A stretch of DNA of 64,000 bases from an uncultured bacterium (GCA_965552055.1 CBEVQO010000002.1:416001-480000), one strand, 5' to 3'; counted from the first letter of the stretch, positions 10,078-19,335 are shown. Made by a program: numbers and translations. Notes: generated by a model from the sequence alone, not told the origin.

Positions 10078-11504
10078 CAATATTTGAAACTACTACCGCC
10101 TATGAATTCTCTGAGGATAGAAGTGGGTGGCACATCTGTTGTTTCTATAGGTAAAAAGTGTGATAGGAAATCTTTGAGTAACTGTGCTTCTTCGTATTCT
10201 TTCATATCCTCCGGTATTTCATCGAGTAAAGGAATAACAAATCTTTTAAGAACTGCAATCTCATAAAGTAAAGCGCTGTTAAAAATTTCGTCGGCATTCT
10301 CCTGATGCGGAAAGATATATTTCTCCTCTGCTTCCCTCACCGTACTCCACATTCTCAATGTATCACCTGCTCTGTGTCCTCTGTAAAAATAATCTCTTAC
10401 TATTCTGCGTAAGAGTCGTGCATGGGATGTTGAAATCCTGTTGTGGTCATCAAGATTTAAAGGTGTTAAAGCACTTACATAAATTTTAAAAGCACATCTT
10501 TCTAATTCTTCGCAAAAGATGGGATTTAAAGCATGTATCCCTTCGATTATAAGAATGCCATCTTTTGGCAGATAAAAAGGTTTATTTCTCCATTCCCTTT
10601 TTCTTGTTGTAAAATTGAATTTTGGCAAAATTACTTCTTTGCCTTTTAATATTTCTTTTATTTGTTTTTTGAAAAGCGGGATATCAATGGCTTCTGGAGC
10701 ATCGGTATCGAGTGTGCCATCGGGTTTTCTCGGACATTGCTCTGATGGCAAAAAATAGTCATCCATAGAAATTATAAAAACTTTCCTTTGATTCACCATC
10801 AATTGAATTCTTAATCTTTTTGAAAAAGTTGTTTTACCTGAACTTGAAGGTCCTGCCACCAGAATCACCCTTTTTCCTGTTTCAACGATTTTATCTGCGA
10901 GATTTGCTATCTTTTTCTCATGCAAAGCCTCTTCTATTTTTATGCAATCCGATATCTCACCTTCAACTATTTTTTCATTAAGGTCGCCAACATTTCTTAT
11001 ACCGAGTATTTCTGCCCAGTGTTCAGCTTCTTCGAATGCTTCAAAAAATTTCCTTTGCTCTTTAAACTTCTCTTCGAATAAAAGCAAAAATCCAGGGGGA
11101 TAATATTTTAACATGTAAAAGCCAATCTTTGAGAAATCGCGGAATGGCGGGAAGAAAAGATAATCATAAACATCGTCTATACCATAAATTCTTATTTTTT
11201 CCCGTTGATTATATTTTAAAAGTTTTACAACATCATTCCTTCCTTCATTTTCAAAAAATTTAATGGCTTTATCTTTTTCTAAAATTTTGCTTGAAATTTT
11301 TTTATTCTGGCACAATATTTCTTCGTATTTTTTGCACAATTTTTTGAAATTATCTTCTTTAAGCTTGAAATTTTTGATTTCGCAATAAACTCCTGTTGAA
11401 TACGAGTGTCTTATTATCAATCTTGCTTCAGGTGATAATTTTTTCAGTATGTAATATAAGAGGAGTAAAAGTGTTTTTTCTTTTTTTCTTTTATAAACTT
11501 CCAT
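10077..11504 (-). CDS. udk: Uridine/nucleoside kinase with N-terminal ThrRS-like domain
   Basis: P-loop AGPSSSGKTT, ISMDDYF, IIEGIHALNP, RLLRRIVRD, SILREFIGGS. Confidence 0.85.
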   Translation of the reverse strand: MEVYKRKKEKTLLLLLYYILKKLSPEARLIIRHSYSTGVYCEIKNFKLKEDNFKKLCKKYEEILCQNKKISSKILEKDKAIKFFENEGRNDVVKLLKYNQREKIRIYGIDDVYDYLFFPPFRDFSKIGFYMLKYYPPGFLLLFEEKFKEQRKFFEAFEEAEHWAEILGIRNVGDLNEKIVEGEISDCIKIEEALHEKKIANLADKIVETGKRVILVAGPSSSGKTTFSKRLRIQLMVNQRKVFIISMDDYFLPSEQCPRKPDGTLDTDAPEAIDIPLFKKQIKEILKGKEVILPKFNFTTRKREWRNKPFYLPKDGILIIEGIHALNPIFCEELERCAFKIYVSALTPLNLDDHNRISTSHARLLRRIVRDYFYRGHRAGDTLRMWSTVREAEEKYIFPHQENADEIFNSALLYEIAVLKRFVIPLLDEIPEDMKEYEEAQLLKDFLSHFLPIETTDVPPTSILREFIGGSSFKY

Positions 11505-11509
11505 CTTTT

Positions 11510-11536
11510 ATTGTAATCTTTATTTTAATTTGTCAA
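11510..11536 (-). promoter_or_regulatory. Leaderless promoter TTGACA-N15-TACAAT-N5-ATG
   Basis: Read directly; no SD before ATG 11504. Confidence 0.7.
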
Positions 11537-11545
11537 TGTTTAATT

Positions 11546-11700
11546 GCGAGCGTAGCGAGCATATTACATATGGGTTGATATGTCAGCCCATTACGGGTTT
11601 TTCGTTATAGCAGGGGTTTCTGGCTTTATCTGCTGTCTGCGTATTTCAGCTGGAGTAGTGGGCTGACTTAATCGGGAAGGTGGGGACAGCGGAGGAGGGG
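11546..11700 (+). repeat. Structured GC-rich intergenic element, copy 1
   Basis: GCGAGC-GTA-GCGAGC at 5' end; 13-bp inverted repeat 11582-11594/11655-11667; GGTGGGGACAG core in a G-run tract; termini shared with 17466-17588. Confidence 0.7.
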
Positions 11701-11711
11701 CTAAAAATTAC

Positions 11712-11738
11712 TTGACATATAAGAGAACCGATTAAACT
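11712..11738 (+). promoter_or_regulatory. Leaderless promoter TTGACA-N15-TAAACT-N5-ATG
   Basis: Read directly. Confidence 0.7.
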
Positions 11739-11743
11739 TAAAG

Positions 11744-14700
11744 ATGTTTTTGGCACTCCTTATATCGATTTTTCCAGAGATGAAAGATTTGATGCTCAAA
11801 CAAAAGGAATTTCTTCCAAAAATCTATCAAAATTATTATAACTTATTGCGGAAAAATCCCGAGCTGAGAGAAATTTTGAGAAAAATACCCAAAAATAGAT
11901 TGAAATTTGCCCGTAACTTAAGCAAAAAATTAAAGCAAGATGAAGCCGAAACCTTACATATTATTGCCATTCGTGTCGAATTTTTAAAAGATACTTTTTC
12001 GTTGACTTTTGGAAACGGATTGATGTGTGATACACCGAAATATTCGATGTATACAGGTGATGGATATCACAACATTTTGTATTATGACCCGCCTCATGAT
12101 TCCATTTATTTCCATTATTTGATGGTTGCTTTACGCAATTATTATCAGGATATCAGTTATGGCAAAATTTATATAACATGGGATATTGCACCAAAGGGGC
12201 TCGATACTGCATATCAATTACCTCATGAGATGGCTTATTATGGTGATACTTCAAATTATGCCCTTGGTCTTTTTATGCTGGTTCGTGATGCTATACTTGC
12301 ATGTGATGCTGACCACAATTTTCAGGTAGGCAAATATGATGGACATCTAATTTTTCACGCTGGATGCTCATGGCAGGCACAGGCAGCTTTTGGACTTACA
12401 CCCTACGATATTTTAACAGCTTATATACCATATTCTGAATATTTCCCGCCGATAATTACAAAAGAAGGAGACACCGTTTATGACGCTATAATTCTTCCGG
12501 AATCCAACTGGTATTATGTTGCTTTTGGAATGCAGGGAAGTATGTTTCATGAGTTCGCCCATCTACTTGGCGCCGTTGACCTTTATGATATCTCTTATAT
12601 GACGATTGGCGTGGGTGCATGGGACTTGATGGGTACGGGTGCCTGGAATATGCTGGGACATGTGCCCTGCAGGCTGTGTGCATTCCACCTTGAATATCTC
12701 GGTATAGTGAAGCCCAAAGTTATAACCAGAGATACTGTAATATGGGTGAAAAGATTATCACTCGCTCCTGACATTTATAAAATACCTGTAAATGAGAAAG
12801 AATATTTCCTGATAGAAAATAGATGTGCTTATATGCCGGAAAGTCTCGAAAGTACAAATCCAGATTCAAATGCTTTTAGAGTATGGAAATATGGAGTACT
12901 TGTAGATGTTAATGACTGGGATGTTTCTTTGCCGTGCAGTATTAATACATCGGGTATTGCTGTATGGCATATTGATACGCAAAAAGTTGCCATTTATGAT
13001 GATTCAAATACGGTAAATGTTGGCAGTCCCAAGGGAGTTGATATGGAAGAGGCAGATGGTGTTCAGGATTTTGAACTCCCATGGTATGAGATATCTGACT
13101 GGGATGCTGCACTTGAAGGTACACAATGGGATTTATTCTACAAGGGAAACGCAGATAGTTTTTCTTATTACACAAATCCCAGTTCTGCTTCAAATGATGG
13201 CGCTAATTCTTTTGTAAAAATGAAATTCGGAGAGATGGGCGATTCTATAAAAGTTGAAATAAAATTTGAATTTGTAAAATCGGGCTTCCCTGTTTCAAAT
13301 CTCGGTAAAGTTGATATAAACTCTCCTGTTCCTTTTGACTATGACGGCGATAATTTAGATGAAATTTTACTGATAGCAAATAAAGACAGTATCGGAATAC
13401 TTTATCTTTTTGATTACAAAAGTGGTTTAAAAATTGATACATTGTTAAAAAATTTCCCTGTTTCTTTTTCACAAATTGCAATAGGTGATATTGATGGCGA
13501 CAATCATGAAGAAATTGTATGGGGAAGTACAAAAGGTTTATGTGTTTATGACAGAGAAAAAGACACCCTTTATCTTTTTGGGATAAAAGAAGGGGTTTAT
13601 TCTGTTCCTACGATTTACGAAGGATTTGTAATTTTCGGTGCAGATGATAACAAATTGCATTGCGTATATCTTGAAAATGATAGTTTAAAAGAAAAGAAAG
13701 GTTTTCCAGTGGAAATAGGACACATGATAAGGGGTTCTGCGTGTTGTATCGGTGATTCTATTTTTGTCCTTTCGGGTGATGGAAGATTATATTGTGTATC
13801 TTTATCCGGTAAAATCTTATTTAGAGTTCTCAAAGAAAATTTGATGTTTACCGGTTTCAGTCCCGTTGCCGTTGATATAAATGGTGATGGCGAAAAGGAA
13901 ATAATTTGCGTAACCGGTACAGGTGATGTTTACGCAGTCAAATTAAACGGCGAAATTCTATGGCACAGACAGATTCCGGAAAATACTTATGAATATGCAT
14001 GGCTATCCACATCTCATCCTGTAATTGCGGACATTGATGGCGATTCTTTACCTGATATTATTTTTACTGCTGGCAAAAAATTGTATGTTTTAAATCACAA
14101 TGGTGCTTATCTAAATAATTTCCCGATTGAAGCAGATACCGGCTGGATTATTTCGACACCCATAATTTATGATATTGATGGAGATGGTGAAGTTGAGATT
14201 TCTTTTGGTCTTTCAAAAGGAAAATTTACATCATACGATGCTAATGGCAAATTGCAGATGTTTTTCCCTGTAGAAACCGGCACTCCCTGTTATTCTTCTC
14301 CCTGTATCTGCGACTGGGACGGCAATAAAAAAGCTGATATTTTCTTTGTCTCGGACACAGGTAAAATGTGGTGCATAGAATTTAATGGCAGTTACAAAAA
14401 AACAAAATGGTTCACAATTTGCAAGAATTTATCACGAAATCCTGTAATCGAATGGAATTATCCGCAAAAAGAATTTGTATTTACAAAAGAAAATTTTTAT
14501 ATTTATCCAAATCCATCAAAAGACGGAAAAATATTTTTGAGATTAACATCGCCTTCGAACGGCAAAGTAGAAATCATGATTTTAACCATCTCTGGTGATA
14601 TAAAAGCGAAATATGAAAAAGAAGTTTTAAAAGGAATAAATGATATTCCCCTATCCCTTAATCTGCCCGATGGCTTTTACATTGCACGAGTTAAAGTGCC

Positions 14701-14752
14701 TGATGGCAAATGTGGTTTTGCCAAATTTGTAATCGCCCGTAAATGGAAATAA
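11744..14752 (+). CDS. M6 (immune inhibitor A-like) metalloprotease with FG-GAP repeats and T9SS-type C-terminal domain
   Basis: HEFAHLLGAVDLY zinc motif, WDLMGTGAWN, EYFLIENR, repeated DIDGD motifs, YIYPNP C-terminal domain. Confidence 0.88.
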   Translation: MFLALLISIFPEMKDLMLKQKEFLPKIYQNYYNLLRKNPELREILRKIPKNRLKFARNLSKKLKQDEAETLHIIAIRVEFLKDTFSLTFGNGLMCDTPKYSMYTGDGYHNILYYDPPHDSIYFHYLMVALRNYYQDISYGKIYITWDIAPKGLDTAYQLPHEMAYYGDTSNYALGLFMLVRDAILACDADHNFQVGKYDGHLIFHAGCSWQAQAAFGLTPYDILTAYIPYSEYFPPIITKEGDTVYDAIILPESNWYYVAFGMQGSMFHEFAHLLGAVDLYDISYMTIGVGAWDLMGTGAWNMLGHVPCRLCAFHLEYLGIVKPKVITRDTVIWVKRLSLAPDIYKIPVNEKEYFLIENRCAYMPESLESTNPDSNAFRVWKYGVLVDVNDWDVSLPCSINTSGIAVWHIDTQKVAIYDDSNTVNVGSPKGVDMEEADGVQDFELPWYEISDWDAALEGTQWDLFYKGNADSFSYYTNPSSASNDGANSFVKMKFGEMGDSIKVEIKFEFVKSGFPVSNLGKVDINSPVPFDYDGDNLDEILLIANKDSIGILYLFDYKSGLKIDTLLKNFPVSFSQIAIGDIDGDNHEEIVWGSTKGLCVYDREKDTLYLFGIKEGVYSVPTIYEGFVIFGADDNKLHCVYLENDSLKEKKGFPVEIGHMIRGSACCIGDSIFVLSGDGRLYCVSLSGKILFRVLKENLMFTGFSPVAVDINGDGEKEIICVTGTGDVYAVKLNGEILWHRQIPENTYEYAWLSTSHPVIADIDGDSLPDIIFTAGKKLYVLNHNGAYLNNFPIEADTGWIISTPIIYDIDGDGEVEISFGLSKGKFTSYDANGKLQMFFPVETGTPCYSSPCICDWDGNKKADIFFVSDTGKMWCIEFNGSYKKTKWFTICKNLSRNPVIEWNYPQKEFVFTKENFYIYPNPSKDGKIFLRLTSPSNGKVEIMILTISGDIKAKYEKEVLKGINDIPLSLNLPDGFYIARVKVPDGKCGFAKFVIARKWK

Positions 14753-15600
14753 TACCCGTTGCTTTCGATAGTCTGGGAACAAGGAGTATGTGCACATTTA
14801 TAAAATCAGATGATATAAACATTTTAATTGACCCTGCGGTTGCTCTTGGACCAAGAAGATATGGCTTGCCACCACATAAAAAGGAACTCGAAAGAAAAGA
14901 GGAACACTGGAAAAAAATAAAAGAATATGCAAAAAAAGCAGATTTGATAATAATAACACATTATCATTATGACCATCACAATCCAAATTATCCCGAACTT
15001 TTTAAAGACAAAATTTTATTTATAAAGCATCCTGAGAAAAACATAAACCGCAGTCAATATGTGCGTGCAAAGCGCTTTCTGGAGCGAATTGAGGGATATC
15101 CAAAGGAGATAAGAATTGCAGAAGGTGTGGAAGAAAAATTTGGAAAATTAAGGTTAAAAATATCACAAAGTGTATGGCATGGTAACGATAAAAGATTGGG
15201 TTTTGTAGTGGAAATTTTTATCGAAGAAGATAAAAGATTTTTGTTCACATCGGATGTTGAAGGACCTGTTACAGATGAACAAACTTTATTTATTCTTGAG
15301 AACGACCCCGATATTATTTTTTCGGATGGTCCCATGACCTATCAGCCACAGGTTTATGATGAAGAAACTTTAAAGAAGGCAATTGAAAATATAAAAAAGA
15401 TAATCGAAAAGACAGGAGTAAAAAAATATATTCTTGACCATCATCTTGTAAGAGACCTTGAATTTTCTCGTAAGATAAAAGAGATTTTTGAAGTAGCAGA
15501 GCAAAATGGCTGTGAGATTATGACGGCTGCGAAATTCGGTGGCTTTGAAGAAGATTTCCTTGAAGCACACAGAAAAGATTTGTGGAAAGGAGAAAAATAA
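14743..15600 (+). CDS. Metallo-beta-lactamase fold hydrolase (UPF0282-like)
   Basis: DSLGTRSM, IDPAVALGPRRYGLPPH, THYHYDHH, ILDHHLVRD. Confidence 0.8.
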   Translation: MEIIPVAFDSLGTRSMCTFIKSDDINILIDPAVALGPRRYGLPPHKKELERKEEHWKKIKEYAKKADLIIITHYHYDHHNPNYPELFKDKILFIKHPEKNINRSQYVRAKRFLERIEGYPKEIRIAEGVEEKFGKLRLKISQSVWHGNDKRLGFVVEIFIEEDKRFLFTSDVEGPVTDEQTLFILENDPDIIFSDGPMTYQPQVYDEETLKKAIENIKKIIEKTGVKKYILDHHLVRDLEFSRKIKEIFEVAEQNGCEIMTAAKFGGFEEDFLEAHRKDLWKGEK

Positions 15601-15601
15601 C

Positions 15602-15628
15602 TTGACTTTACAGTTCTTTAATTAAAAT
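15602..15628 (+). promoter_or_regulatory. Leaderless promoter TTGACT-N15-TAAAAT (second ATG at 15634 is 5 nt downstream)
   Basis: Read directly. Confidence 0.65.
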
Positions 15629-15630
15629 AA

Positions 15631-16044
15631 ATGATGAAAAGAGATTTACCTTTGACTCCACAAGAAGCAATTGAAAGGTCAGAAGAATATTATAACAACG
15701 CCAAAGAAATTTTAAAAGATGTGGAAATAAAATTTGGGATTTACACTGATGGCAAAAAGGTAAGGGAAGCATGTGCAATGGGTTATCTGTCTGCATTGAC
15801 CGCAATAGACGCATATCTGCTGAAAAGAGGTAAAAAGCCAGAAGAATTGCCAACATCTTTTGCGGAATACAGAGAGGTGGTATCAAAAATGCCTTACAAT
15901 GGAAAGCTAACAGCATCTTTAACCGCAGTTTACCAGAACCTTCATGTGCTCGGATATTACAGAGGCGGTATAGAAGTAGAGATGATTAAATCTGGCTTCA
16001 AACATGCAAAGAGAATAATCGATACAATTAAGAAACTGGTATGA
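15631..16044 (+). CDS. DUF5618-like (HEPN-fold-like) protein, copy 1
   Basis: YYNNAKEIL...YTDGKKVREACAMGYLSALTAIDAYL...YQNLHVLGYY resembles DUF5618 as I recall it. Confidence 0.65.
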   Translation: MMKRDLPLTPQEAIERSEEYYNNAKEILKDVEIKFGIYTDGKKVREACAMGYLSALTAIDAYLLKRGKKPEELPTSFAEYREVVSKMPYNGKLTASLTAVYQNLHVLGYYRGGIEVEMIKSGFKHAKRIIDTIKKLV

Positions 16045-16454
16045 TGAAGAGGGATTTGCCCTTAAATCCTAAAGAAGCGATTGAAAGGTCTGAAGAATAT
16101 TACAATAATGCGAAAGAAATTTTAAAAGATGTTGAGATAAAATTTGGTCTTTATACCGATGGCAAAAAGGTAAGGGAGGCATGTGCAATGGGCTATCTGT
16201 CTGCATTGACCGCAATAGACGCATATCTGCTGAAAAGAGGAAAAAAGCCAGAGGAATTGCCAACATCTTTCGCGGAATACAGAGAGGTGGTATCAAAAAT
16301 GCCTTACAATGGAAAGCTAACAGCATCTTTAACCGCAGTTTATCAAAATCTTCATGTTTTTGGATATTACAGGGGTGGAATAGAAGTAGAGATGATTAAA
16401 TCTGGCTTCAAACATGCAAAAAGAATAATCGATACGATTAAGAAACTGGTGTAA
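16041..16454 (+). CDS. DUF5618-like protein, copy 2
   Basis: 133/137 aa identical to copy 1; ATGA overlap. Confidence 0.65.
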   Translation: MMKRDLPLNPKEAIERSEEYYNNAKEILKDVEIKFGLYTDGKKVREACAMGYLSALTAIDAYLLKRGKKPEELPTSFAEYREVVSKMPYNGKLTASLTAVYQNLHVFGYYRGGIEVEMIKSGFKHAKRIIDTIKKLV

Positions 16455-17455
16455 TGGAAAGAATACTGCTTGTTAGGACGCATGCGATCGGAGATGTATT
16501 GCTGACAACACCGGCTGTAAAAGCTGCGAGAAAAATTTATCCAGATGCAAAAATAGATTACTTAACAACAAAATGGTCAAAAGAAGCAATAACTTTAAAT
16601 CCTAATATAGACGAAATAATAGCAGTGGATGACGATGTTTTTTTCTCAAAAAATCCTACAAAAATCATCAAATTGGTAAAAGAATTGAAAAAAAGAAATT
16701 ATGATAGAATTTATGCATTTCACAGATCAAAGAAAATCCATCTTTTATGCAAGTTAATAGGCAATAAAGTAACAGGAATATCTGATGGCGATTTTAATCC
16801 TTTTCTCGATGAAAAAATAGTTTTAAAAAGGGAAAACAGCAATTATGTGGCAGATGATTATCTAAAAATGTTTAACATTGAAATTGAAAATTCTTCTCTC
16901 GAATTTTACTGGAGCAAGGAAGATGAAATTTTTATTGATAATTTAATTGGTGATTTAAGGTTTGTCTGTGTAGCACCTGGTGGTGCACATAATCCTGCGG
17001 AAAGCGTCTGGCAAAAATTGTGGAAGATTGAGAATTTTATAAAAGTAATTAAATATTTGAAAAACAGGAAGGAAAAAGTTATAATAGTGGGTGGCAAGAG
17101 CGATGAAAAAATTTGTAAGGAAATCGAAGAAAAATGCGAAATTTTAAATCTGTGCGGTAAATTAACTTTAAAGCATCTCGGAGTTTTGTTGAAAAGGAGT
17201 AAATTTTTATTAACAAATGATAGTGCACCCCTTCATATTGCTGTTGCGGTAAATACTCCTGTTATCGGGCTTTTTGGACCCACATCCCCTGATGTGCTTT
17301 TACCCAAAAGAGAAAACATTATAGCAATAAGGAGCGATGCCGAATGTAGCCCCTGTTATGTTAACCGCAGATTTAAAGGATGTAAAAAGCCAATTTGTAT
17401 GGATATGATAACCACTGATAAAGTAATCTCCGTAATTGAGAAGAAATTCTATTAA
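16454..17455 (+). CDS. Glycosyltransferase family 9 (LPS heptosyltransferase-like)
   Basis: AIGDVLLTTP, LTNDSAPLHIAVAVNTPVIGLFGPT. Confidence 0.9.
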   Translation: MERILLVRTHAIGDVLLTTPAVKAARKIYPDAKIDYLTTKWSKEAITLNPNIDEIIAVDDDVFFSKNPTKIIKLVKELKKRNYDRIYAFHRSKKIHLLCKLIGNKVTGISDGDFNPFLDEKIVLKRENSNYVADDYLKMFNIEIENSSLEFYWSKEDEIFIDNLIGDLRFVCVAPGGAHNPAESVWQKLWKIENFIKVIKYLKNRKEKVIIVGGKSDEKICKEIEEKCEILNLCGKLTLKHLGVLLKRSKFLLTNDSAPLHIAVAVNTPVIGLFGPTSPDVLLPKRENIIAIRSDAECSPCYVNRRFKGCKKPICMDMITTDKVISVIEKKFY

Positions 17456-17465
17456 AATTTTTAAT

Positions 17466-17588
17466 GCGAGCGAAAGCGAGTAAGGCACTGCCTTGACCAC
17501 GCTGTGGCTTTATAAACACCCTTCCCGTAATGAATCACAAGTACCTTGAGAGGGGTGTGCACGAGGGCGGTGGGGACAGGGAGGTGGG
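17466..17588 (+). repeat. Structured GC-rich intergenic element, copy 2
   Basis: GCGAGC-GAAA-GCGAGT; stems 17482-17494, 17497-17507 and 17516-17524/17550-17558; GGTGGGGACAG core; four G3+ runs at 17565-17588. Confidence 0.7.
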
Positions 17589-17598
17589 CAAAAAATAT

Positions 17599-17625
17599 TT
17601 GACAAATAAATAATTTGATTAAATT
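17599..17625 (+). promoter_or_regulatory. Leaderless promoter TTGACA-N15-TAAATT-N5-ATG
   Basis: Read directly. Confidence 0.7.
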
Positions 17626-17630
17626 TAGAG

Positions 17631-18344
17631 ATGAGATTCGATGGTAGAAATTATGATGAACTGAGACCCCTTGAAATCATAAAGGATTATTTAAAGGATG
17701 TTGAAGGTTCGTGTCTTATAAAACTTGGCAATACCCATGTTATCTGTACTGCTACTGTTCAATCAGGTGCGCCGAAATTTGCGAAGGACCAGGGTATTGG
17801 CTGGGTTACCGCGGAATACAGGATGATACCGAGAGCTGTTCCCGAGCGCCTTCCCCGTGACAAAATAAACGGAAGGTCAATAGAGATACAGAGAATTATA
17901 GGAAGGTCTTTGAGAGGAGCATGCGATTTATCTTTACTAAATGGTTATACAATATGGATTGATTGTGATGTGATACAGGCAGATGGTGGCACAAGGGTTA
18001 CTTCGATCATCGGTGGTTTTGTTGCACTTTATGATGCAATTCAACATATGTTATCACTTGGAATGATTGAAAAAAGTCCCATCAAAAAATTCATAGGCGC
18101 TGTAAGTGTGGGTATTGTGGAAGGCAAACCTATGCTTGATTTAACTTTTGAAGAAGATTCAAAAGCAGATGTTGACATGAATGTCGTAATGACCGAAAAT
18201 TATGAGATTATTGAATTACAGGCAACGGGAGAAGGAGGAACTTTAAAAGAAGAAGATTTAAAATTAATGCTTGAACTTGCCAAAAAAGGAATAAATGAAA
18301 TAATAAATAAGGAAAAAGAAGTCCTGTGGTTGAAGCGTAGTTAA
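17631..18344 (+). CDS. rph: Ribonuclease PH
   Basis: GWVTAEYRMIPRA, EIQRIIGRSLR, DVIQADGGTR, DVDMNVVMT. Confidence 0.95.
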   Translation: MRFDGRNYDELRPLEIIKDYLKDVEGSCLIKLGNTHVICTATVQSGAPKFAKDQGIGWVTAEYRMIPRAVPERLPRDKINGRSIEIQRIIGRSLRGACDLSLLNGYTIWIDCDVIQADGGTRVTSIIGGFVALYDAIQHMLSLGMIEKSPIKKFIGAVSVGIVEGKPMLDLTFEEDSKADVDMNVVMTENYEIIELQATGEGGTLKEEDLKLMLELAKKGINEIINKEKEVLWLKRS

Positions 18345-18355
18345 TCCACCTTCAA

Positions 18356-19312
18356 ATGCCTCTAATAGTTTTTGAAAGAAAAGTTCGTGCTGGTGCAGGA
18401 ATGCGTCTTGACAAATATTTACATCAAGTAGGACTCGGACTCTCTCGTACACAAATCCAGAAATTAATAGAAGAAGGCAAAGTACTGGTAAATGGCAGAC
18501 CTGTAAAACCCAGTTATACTTTGAAAAGAGGAGATGAAATTTATGCAGAATACGAAAGAAAAGAACCTTTAAAGATAGAACCTGAACCCATTCCCCTTGA
18601 TATAATTTATGAAGATGATTACATAGTAGTTGTGAACAAGCCTGCTGGTATGGTTACGCACCCTGCGCCCGGCAATCTACGTGGCACCCTTGTAAATGCG
18701 CTTTTACATCACTGCGGCTTGGCAAAAGCAGATAGTATCGCAAGACCAGGCGTAGTCCATAGACTTGATAAAGACACATCGGGAGTTATTGTTTTCGCAA
18801 AAGAAAAGATTGCCTTATCAAATCTTGCAGAACAACTGCAAAAAAGAAGAATGAAAAAAGAATATTTAACATTTGTATGGGGAAATTTGCCACTGGATAA
18901 AGGAATAATCGATGCTCCGATTGGCAGGGATTTTATCGATAGGAAAAAAATGGCAGTAACACCTCTTTTATCCAAAGATGCTATTACCGAATATTTTGTT
19001 GAAAAGCGTTATAAATACATAACATTTGCGAGGGTGCATATTTTAACAGGCAGGACACATCAAATAAGGGTACACATGGCGCACATAGGGCATCCTGTTG
19101 TGGGTGACGAAACTTATCAGGGTAGACAGCGCTTATCGGGTATACCCCATGAATTTTTCGAAAAGGTTTTAGAAATTATGCAAAGACAGGCGTTGCATTC
19201 ACATAAACTTGGTTTTGAACATCCTGTTACAAAAAAATGGATGGAATTTGAAGCTCCTCTTCCAGAAGACATGAGAAACTTAAAAGAGTTTTTGGAGGCA
19301 CAAATTAATTGA
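18356..19312 (+). CDS. rluD: RluA/RluD family pseudouridine synthase with S4 domain
   Basis: RLDKYL S4 domain, VNKPAGM, HRLDKDTSG, TGRTHQIRVH. Confidence 0.9.
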   Translation: MPLIVFERKVRAGAGMRLDKYLHQVGLGLSRTQIQKLIEEGKVLVNGRPVKPSYTLKRGDEIYAEYERKEPLKIEPEPIPLDIIYEDDYIVVVNKPAGMVTHPAPGNLRGTLVNALLHHCGLAKADSIARPGVVHRLDKDTSGVIVFAKEKIALSNLAEQLQKRRMKKEYLTFVWGNLPLDKGIIDAPIGRDFIDRKKMAVTPLLSKDAITEYFVEKRYKYITFARVHILTGRTHQIRVHMAHIGHPVVGDETYQGRQRLSGIPHEFFEKVLEIMQRQALHSHKLGFEHPVTKKWMEFEAPLPEDMRNLKEFLEAQIN

Positions 19313-19335
19313 CAAAACTGTAAATCGATTATAAT
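19309..19335 (+). promoter_or_regulatory. Perfect-consensus promoter TTGACA-N15-TATAAT
   Basis: Read directly; precedes SD AAGGAGG of gcvH. Confidence 0.8.

Noticed and set aside
11546..11700. tmRNA, SRP RNA, 6S RNA or a known riboswitch
   Set aside because: No tRNA-like ends or tag ORF, no SRP GGAA-loop motif, no end-to-end pairing and no aptamer I recognise; it also lies upstream of both flanking promoters. An Rfam search is still needed.
15631..16454. DGR template/variable repeat pair
   Set aside because: Differences include many C/T and G/T changes, are mostly synonymous and are not adenine-specific; no reverse transcriptase in the window.
11546..17588. Composite transposon or island bounded by the two repeats
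   Set aside because: No transposase or integrase, no target-site duplication seen, the repeats share only their termini, and the enclosed genes look native.
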